64,000 bases of DNA from Deferribacterales bacterium (lineage in GTDB: Bacteria; Chrysiogenota; Deferribacteres; Deferribacterales; Geovibrionaceae). Below the pieces are notes generated by a model. It saw only the letters and a program-made list of their open reading frames with translations, was not told the origin of the DNA and searched no databases. Below are positions 57,821-64,000 of this stretch, one piece after another; position 1 is the stretch's first letter, and each line of letters opens with the position of its first letter. Position numbers and translations under genes: made by a program. Location of the stretch: assembly GCA_050253075.1 (NCBI GenBank), contig JBFWJS010000002.1:320001-384000 (forward strand), written 5' to 3'.

Positions 57821-57894
57821 TCGGGGTGAAAGGATTTGAACCTTCGACCCCCTGTTCCCAAGACAGGTGCGCTACCAACCTGCGCTACACCCCG
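57821..57894 (-). tRNA. tRNA-Pro (anticodon TGG), CCA not encoded
   Basis: CGGGGTG acceptor stem, anticodon arm CCTGT-CTTGGGA-ACAGG, T-loop GGTTCAAATCC. Confidence 0.97.
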
Positions 57895-58303
57895 TAAGGA
57901 GAACTATGTATATATGACGTAAAAAGAATTGTCAAGCATATAGATAGATTTTTTTTACCTCTTTATACATTTTTTTGTATTTCCCCCGTCATCTCTCTGA
58001 CACATCCTATATATATTATTCTCGTACTTATTATTTTCAGGAGATTTCGTCCATGAAAAGTTACAAAATACTGCCCATAACCACCCTCGCATATACCCCT
58101 GCTTGCGGGCTGTAACAAGAATGAACGACAACGACTTCGGCATAGCAGATGCCGAGACAGTCTTTTATATAATATCACTCCCTATTCATTAATAACCCCC
58201 TATTCGTTTGTTTAAGCCGGTGCTGAAAGGTGCCGGCACTTTTTTTCATTGACAAAGCCTTATCCCCCAAGTATCTACATATTTTCAGCAATGCGGGTGA
58301 CAA

Positions 58304-59170
58304 ATGATCAAAGGTATACTTATCGCTCTTATTTCAGCTTGTGCATACGCCACTCTGCCGATATTCGGAAAGATGGGCTACGAGGTCGGCTTATCCGCCG
58401 TAAACATGCTCGCATACAGGTTTACCTTTGGGGCGGCTGCCCTTGCCCTGCTTCTGGCTTTTTCGAAACCTAAGGCACTGGTGCCGTCTTTCAGACTGTT
58501 GCTTAAGTGCGCAGGGCTCGGCATAGGTCTTTATATGATGCAGAGCTTCTTCTTTTTCAAAGCGGTGCAATACATCCCAGCATCCACCACATCACTGATA
58601 CTATACATATATCCCCTTGTGGTGCTGATACTTTCCACTGTTTTCCTTAAGATAAAGTTCCGCATGGCTTCACTGATATCCATCGTTCTCATAATGATCG
58701 GGTGCTGTCTGGTGTTTTACGATGCGTTCCAGCGCGAGCTGAACCTCACAGGGCTGATATTCGCCCTCGCCGCACCGATAACATTCGGAGCATACCTAAC
58801 ACTCAGTCAGGTAGTGCTTAAGAATGAAAAGCCGACGACGGTGGCGCTTTACATGATGCTTCTCACAGGGATAGGCTTCACCATCATCAACGGCGGTCTG
58901 CCTATAACCACGGCGACAAGCTCACAGCTTATGGTCGGGCTTGGGCTCGGTCTGATACCTGCGGCGATAGCCATACTCACACTTTATATATCCATAGAGA
59001 TGATAGGAGCGACATACGTATCCGTCTTCAGCTCCATAGAGCCTGCGGTGACGCTGCTTCTTGCGGGTATGCTGCTGGGTGAAAATATCGTGATATACCA
59101 GATATACGGCGTAGGTCTCCTGATGCTAGGCATCATCGTGCCGAATATGAAGCTGATCAAAAACAGATAA
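58304..59170 (+). CDS. DMT/EamA-family transporter
   Basis: 10 TM in two repeats; LAYRF; IYPLVV; SSIEPAVTLLL..LLGE. Confidence 0.92.
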   Translation: MIKGILIALISACAYATLPIFGKMGYEVGLSAVNMLAYRFTFGAAALALLLAFSKPKALVPSFRLLLKCAGLGIGLYMMQSFFFFKAVQYIPASTTSLILYIYPLVVLILSTVFLKIKFRMASLISIVLIMIGCCLVFYDAFQRELNLTGLIFALAAPITFGAYLTLSQVVLKNEKPTTVALYMMLLTGIGFTIINGGLPITTATSSQLMVGLGLGLIPAAIAILTLYISIEMIGATYVSVFSSIEPAVTLLLAGMLLGENIVIYQIYGVGLLMLGIIVPNMKLIKNR

Positions 59171-59174
59171 ACCA

Positions 59175-59624
59175 TTAAAGCAGCTTATCTATCTTATCCT
59201 TCCAGTCGTCAGAATCTTTTATGATGACAGGGTCATACCCCTTTGCTTTTATGTGTGACGTGATGCGTGCAAGAGTCGCTCTGTCCTTCGCATGGACGAC
59301 GACAACCTTGTCACCGCCTTCAACAGTCCCTCCGATGGATTCTCTCACCTGCTCCAACAGCTCGATGAGCTTCTCCACCCCGCTTTCAAAGACGCTCCTT
59401 TTGATATGTTCCTCGCTCGCACCGAGACTGCCGTAGACAGCGCTGTCCCTCGGAGAGAACACTATAAGCCCGAGCTTCTGCATATATACGCTGGAGTGAC
59501 CGAATTCGTCCGAGATCAGCTTCCCCGCATACTGCAAAACCTTGTCTTTGGCGTCATAGTCGTCATATTTAAGACTGCACGCCATTTTCACCAGATTGTC
59601 TGCTATGTCGTATGTTTTTCCCAT
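59175..59624 (-). CDS. Hypothetical protein ending in a truncated TIR-like segment
   Basis: KVVVVHAKD...KGYDPVII resembles the KVFIVHGHD...LGLEPIIL start of TIR-like nucleotide-binding domains. Confidence 0.55.
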   Translation of the reverse strand: MGKTYDIADNLVKMACSLKYDDYDAKDKVLQYAGKLISDEFGHSSVYMQKLGLIVFSPRDSAVYGSLGASEEHIKRSVFESGVEKLIELLEQVRESIGGTVEGGDKVVVVHAKDRATLARITSHIKAKGYDPVIIKDSDDWKDKIDKLL

Positions 59625-59664
59625 ATACTAATAATACTTTGAAATACAGATATTGAAACAGGAA

Positions 59665-61383
59665 TTATAACTTTACAGGTACATCGGCGTAAAAAGCGTA
59701 CCTGTTCTTCCCTGTTGCTTTGACATAATACATGGCTCTGTCCGCCATAACCATAAGGTCTGAGTGGTCTTTGGAATCATCAGGATAAACACTCACGCCG
59801 AGGCTGGCCCCGACGAGAAACTCATATCCATCTATGTTCAGTGGTTCATTTATCTTATTTAAGATGCGCTCAGCCACGGCTGATACCTCATTAAGTCCCG
59901 TCACGCCCTCAAGGAGAATTACAAATTCATCCCCGCCGATGCGTGCCGCCGTGTCGCTGGCTCTTATGCTGTCTTTCAGCCTTACGGCTATCTCCTGCAG
60001 AGCCTTGTCCCCTGCATCGTGTCCGAGGGTGTCGTTTATAGGTTTGAATCCGTCGAGGTCGAGGTATATCACGGCATTCTTCAGGCTGTCTCTGCTGCGC
60101 CTCTTCATGGCTTTTGATATCCTGTCGGCTAGGAGCTCCCTGTTCGGCAGCCCTGTCAGCTTGTCGTGCAGGGCGAGGTATCTTATATATTCATCCTGCT
60201 TCTTTTTTTCAGTCACGTCTCTGATGACTACCTGCACGGCTGTGGTACCGTCCATTTCAAAAGGCATGGCGGCGTATTCCACATGTATCAGGCTTCCGTC
60301 CACACGCAGCATATCTGTCTCTATCAAAGGGAGCGAACGCTTTTTAACATAAAGCTCATCAAGACGTTCTTTGACAGCCTCGTGCCTCTCCTCGGGGAAG
60401 AAGCCTATGACATCACGTCCGAGTATCTCTTCCTCTGTTTTTGCGCCTAAGATAGCAGCCCCCGCGGGATTGATGTATTTCAGCACGCCCTTCTTATGTA
60501 TTACGATGCCGTCGGGTGACAGCTCCACAAGCTGTCTGTATCTGCTCTCTGAGCTTCTCAGGCTGTCCTCTATCACTTTTTTATCGGTGATGTCTTTTAC
60601 GGTTACGAGCAGAACTTCGTCGCCCATCTTATTTATACGTGTGACAAAAACCTCGACGTCTATAACGCTCCCGCAGGCAGGCTTTTTCAGCTGCCATGTG
60701 AAGAACTGGTCTGTACCGTTGAAAGCATCTTTCAGCAGTTTATCAGCCACTTTGATGTTTATCTCTTTCGGTGTAATGTTTGCGATGTTGCCTATGTCAG
60801 ACATCTGCTCTATGTCTATATCCAGCATTTCGAGCAGCTTCATGTTATAGCTGATGATATTGCCGTTTATGTCCAAGATTAAGATAGAGTCCTGTATGCC
60901 GTGGAAAATGTTGCAGAGGAACTCTTCCTTGCGGTCTTTGTCCTCGATGGCGACCCATTTCTTTTCGCCGTTTTCGTCTACATAGCTTTTGGTGAGGCTC
61001 TCACCCGTATATTTATCGAAAAAGAGCACATGACCTGCGATCTTTCCGTTTTCGTCGTTGAGATTTACGATGTTCAGTATGCAGTCGATGTATTGACCGC
61101 CTTTTTTGCGGAATTTTATAAATATGCCAGATCTGTTTCGCCTCTGCCCCGGCATATGACTACAGCTGGCGTAGAGGTCCTCCACGTTATCGGGGTGTAC
61201 GAGGGTGTCGAGGCATAGCCCTCTGAGGTCTTCGTCTGCATAGCCTGTCACGGCGCACATCTTACCGTTCACACGGACTATCTTCCCCGCTTCGGTCACA
61301 AGGATAATGCCTGTAAATGGGTTCTCAAACAGCCTTTCGTCTGCAATAGTTTCGATTTTCACTTTAATACCCGATGTTTTCAT
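59665..61383 (-). CDS. PAS-PAS-PAS diguanylate cyclase
   Basis: Three PAS/PAC segments; HDKLTGLPNR; DLDGFKPINDTLGH; I-site RASD; GGDEF intact. Confidence 0.95.
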   Translation of the reverse strand: MKTSGIKVKIETIADERLFENPFTGIILVTEAGKIVRVNGKMCAVTGYADEDLRGLCLDTLVHPDNVEDLYASCSHMPGQRRNRSGIFIKFRKKGGQYIDCILNIVNLNDENGKIAGHVLFFDKYTGESLTKSYVDENGEKKWVAIEDKDRKEEFLCNIFHGIQDSILILDINGNIISYNMKLLEMLDIDIEQMSDIGNIANITPKEINIKVADKLLKDAFNGTDQFFTWQLKKPACGSVIDVEVFVTRINKMGDEVLLVTVKDITDKKVIEDSLRSSESRYRQLVELSPDGIVIHKKGVLKYINPAGAAILGAKTEEEILGRDVIGFFPEERHEAVKERLDELYVKKRSLPLIETDMLRVDGSLIHVEYAAMPFEMDGTTAVQVVIRDVTEKKKQDEYIRYLALHDKLTGLPNRELLADRISKAMKRRSRDSLKNAVIYLDLDGFKPINDTLGHDAGDKALQEIAVRLKDSIRASDTAARIGGDEFVILLEGVTGLNEVSAVAERILNKINEPLNIDGYEFLVGASLGVSVYPDDSKDHSDLMVMADRAMYYVKATGKNRYAFYADVPVKL

Positions 61384-61498
61384 AGATTTGACTTTATAAA
61401 ATTCATCTAACTAATCGACCATTAAATTCAAGAGTTTAATTATATTCTGCGCTTCACAATCACTCCTCATAGCTTTATAATCACATAACGGAGGAGCA

Positions 61499-64000
61499 AT
61501 GCTGAAAGTATACACGGGCAACCGTCTGGACGACCTGCTTTTACAGATGGACGGAAACATCACGGCTAGCTGTGTGAACCCTCTGGCGAAGGTTCCCGTA
61601 TGCATCCAGACCCCCGGTATGCAGCGATGGATAGGCATAAAACTGGCAAAGCTGACAGGCATCAGCGCAAACCTCGACTTCATATTCCCCGGAGCCCTGA
61701 TGAAGAGGCTCTCGGGCGTCGGCGCAGGGGAAAAAGCTCCATGGGCAGAGAAAGATGATCTGGTCTGGCGGGTGATGCATGCCCTGCTCTCTCTACCCGA
61801 CGAGCCGATCTATAAAAACATAAACAATTATCTGAAAGACGACACCGACGGCATAAGATCATTCCGTCTGGCACGCCGTGTTGCGGACGTCTTCGACCAA
61901 TACCAGATATACAGACCAGAGATGGTGCTCGGCTGGCTGAAACCAAAGGCTGAGAACCTACCCAATGAAGATAGCGACCTATGGCAGCCGGAAGTATTCC
62001 GAAGGATATTCAGCAAACCCGACAGCTGTAAGACATCCGTATTCGACAAAACTATCCGCAGATGTAAAACATGCTATGAAGGGACAGAAAACACAGTGCA
62101 CGTATTCGGCATCAGCGTACTGCCGAAGTACTTCATAGACATGCTTAAAGCCGCATCGAAACACATAGACATATGCTTCTATCTGCTGAACCCCAGCATG
62201 GAATACTGGGGGGACAGCCTCACGAATAAAGAGAAACGCTGGAGGGAAAAACGCCAGCCCGATACAGAATTTTACGAACTGCACGAACTCCTCGACAACC
62301 TCGGGGTGATAGGCAGAGATTTCTTTGACTATATATACAGCTCCGACGACGAGATGATCACAGACGAACATTTCGAAGAGATAGAGCCCGTCAGCCTGCT
62401 TTCATCCATCCAGCATGAGATACTGCACCTATCACGCTCAGAGGCAAGCCCGTCCAACGACGGATCGATAATCATAAACAACTGTCACAACCCCCTCCGA
62501 GAACTGGAGACACTGTACGACACACTCCTAGACCTGTTCAACACAGATAAAACCCTCGAGGCATCAGACATCCTAATCATGACGCCCGAGATAGAGAGCT
62601 ATGCTCCGTATATAAAGTCAGTATTCGACAATCCATACGGAGAGCGTGAACGCATCCCGTACTCCATAGCTGACGTCAGCGAGAAACATGTGAATAAGCC
62701 CGCAGGTATATTCCTCGAGCTTCTGGAAACAGTAAGGGGCGACTTCACCCTTTCTGATGTGGCAAAGCTGATGGCGAACGAACCCGTCGCAAACAAATTC
62801 GGCATAAACAGCGCAGACCTCGCCACCATAACAAACATGCTGAACACGGCAGGAGCCTTCTGGGGATACGGCGCAGACCATCTGAAAGCCGAAGGACTCA
62901 GCATAGATGACAAATTCACATGGGAACGTGCACTCCGCAGGATAGCACTCGGGCTGGCCGAGGGGAACACATGCGGGGTATATAACGATGCCTCAGCAAT
63001 TAACGTACCTTTCAGCATGTCTGCACAGATAGGCGGTCTAATGAAATTCACAGACCTCGCAAAGACATATGCCTCAAAGCTCACATGTAAAAAGACCGTA
63101 TCCGAATGGTGCGCAGTTTTGCAGTCTATGGCGCAGGACTTCCTTCTTGAAACATTTGAAAACGCAGACGACATCCTCTACCTGAATAAATGCATAACAG
63201 ACATAAACACAGAGTCAGAGAAAGGCGGCTTTGACAAAGCTATCCCATCGGAGCCTGTATTAGAGAGGCTCACTGATAAACTAAACGAGACACGGGGCGC
63301 AAAAGGCTTCATCTCTGGCAGAGTAACATTCTGTGCTATGCTCCCCATGAGGAGTATCCCTTTCAAAGTTATATGCATCATAGGCTTGAACGAAAACACT
63401 TTCCCCCGACAAAAGTCCTCTCTGGAATTTGACCTGATGGCGAAACACCCCGCAAAGGGGGATAGAAACAACAGAGACAGCGACAGATACCTCTTTCTGG
63501 AGACACTGATATCAGCGAAAGAAAGACTCATACTCAGCTATGTGGGGCAGAGCGAAAGGGACAACAAGGAGCTTCCTCCGTCAACCCTGATAACGGAACT
63601 GACAACACACATCAACTCCCGCTTTGGCATAGACGACATTATAGCAAAGCAGAAGCTGCACAGTTTCTCCAAAGACTACTTTAAAAATGATAGACTGTTC
63701 ACTTATTCAAGCGATAAGTATAATACCGCTTTGGCTTTCTCATCGGCAAAGTCTCAGCATAGATTCTGCACCGAGATGCCCGATGTGGACGATATATCCG
63801 AAGTCACTCTTTCAGACTTTGAGAACTTCTTTATAAGCCCTCCTGAACAGTTCCTTAAAAAGACTCTGGGTATAAGGCCGAAGATGTACGACGACACACT
63901 CCCCGAAACAGAAGTGCTCAGCATGGACAGCCTTCGTAAATACGGCATAACAAACGAAGCCCTGACAGAAAGATTAGCGGGGAAAGACCCTGACAATATG
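61499..64000 (+). CDS. recC: Exodeoxyribonuclease V gamma subunit; 3' end runs off the window
   Basis: Manual translation MLKVYTGNRLDDL...QTPGMQRW...GISANLDFIFP; ADVFDQYQIYRP; LNPSMEYWGD; IMTPEIESYAPYI; MLPMRSIPFKVICIIGLN; DRYLFLETLISA. Confidence 0.95.
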   Translation, partial: MLKVYTGNRLDDLLLQMDGNITASCVNPLAKVPVCIQTPGMQRWIGIKLAKLTGISANLDFIFPGALMKRLSGVGAGEKAPWAEKDDLVWRVMHALLSLPDEPIYKNINNYLKDDTDGIRSFRLARRVADVFDQYQIYRPEMVLGWLKPKAENLPNEDSDLWQPEVFRRIFSKPDSCKTSVFDKTIRRCKTCYEGTENTVHVFGISVLPKYFIDMLKAASKHIDICFYLLNPSMEYWGDSLTNKEKRWREKRQPDTEFYELHELLDNLGVIGRDFFDYIYSSDDEMITDEHFEEIEPVSLLSSIQHEILHLSRSEASPSNDGSIIINNCHNPLRELETLYDTLLDLFNTDKTLEASDILIMTPEIESYAPYIKSVFDNPYGERERIPYSIADVSEKHVNKPAGIFLELLETVRGDFTLSDVAKLMANEPVANKFGINSADLATITNMLNTAGAFWGYGADHLKAEGLSIDDKFTWERALRRIALGLAEGNTCGVYNDASAINVPFSMSAQIGGLMKFTDLAKTYASKLTCKKTVSEWCAVLQSMAQDFLLETFENADDILYLNKCITDINTESEKGGFDKAIPSEPVLERLTDKLNETRGAKGFISGRVTFCAMLPMRSIPFKVICIIGLNENTFPRQKSSLEFDLMAKHPAKGDRNNRDSDRYLFLETLISAKERLILSYVGQSERDNKELPPSTLITELTTHINSRFGIDDIIAKQKLHSFSKDYFKNDRLFTYSSDKYNTALAFSSAKSQHRFCTEMPDVDDISEVTLSDFENFFISPPEQFLKKTLGIRPKMYDDTLPETEVLSMDSLRKYGITNEALTERLAGKDPDNM

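Noticed and set aside
328..63996. Many short ORFs in the track overlapping larger genes (e.g. 3311..4051+, 6173..6829+, 41815..42522+, 51808..52887-, and all minus ORFs in 61411..63996)
   Set aside because: Antisense or alternate-frame shadows of well-supported genes with no motifs; the last group lies opposite recC, which the track misses because it has no stop in the window

Overview
Bacterial chromosomal window from an anaerobic respirer. Gene content and frequent ATA-Ile codons suggest a Deferribacterota-like organism; this is an inference only. Contents, left to right: (1) a two-partner secretion pair whose TpsA passenger is broken by a 1-nt frameshift; (2) a Fur-boxed siderophore-uptake locus (six-gene TonB2-type operon, AraC, IroE-like esterase, TonB-dependent receptor, CeuBCDE/YclNOPQ-like ABC transporter); (3) a respiratory region with two Tat-exported molybdoenzyme AB modules that lack their own membrane anchor, plus a split-Soret-cytochrome/Fe-S/NrfD operon with two ModE boxes but no molybdoenzyme; (4) a 7TM-DISM two-component system divergent from a 14-repeat RCC1 lipoprotein; (5) an AraC regulon readable from four 34-bp operators, interrupted by TetR/azoR and an acetylene-hydratase-like enzyme; (6) an AT-rich ATPase-TOPRIM gene beside an att-like duplication of the tRNA-Pro 3' end; (7) EamA transporter, truncated TIR-like protein, diguanylate cyclase and the 5' part of recC. 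The best candidate for an undescribed system is the modular respiratory region at 17.9-44.9 kb. No database searches could be run; family calls rest on motifs read by eye.
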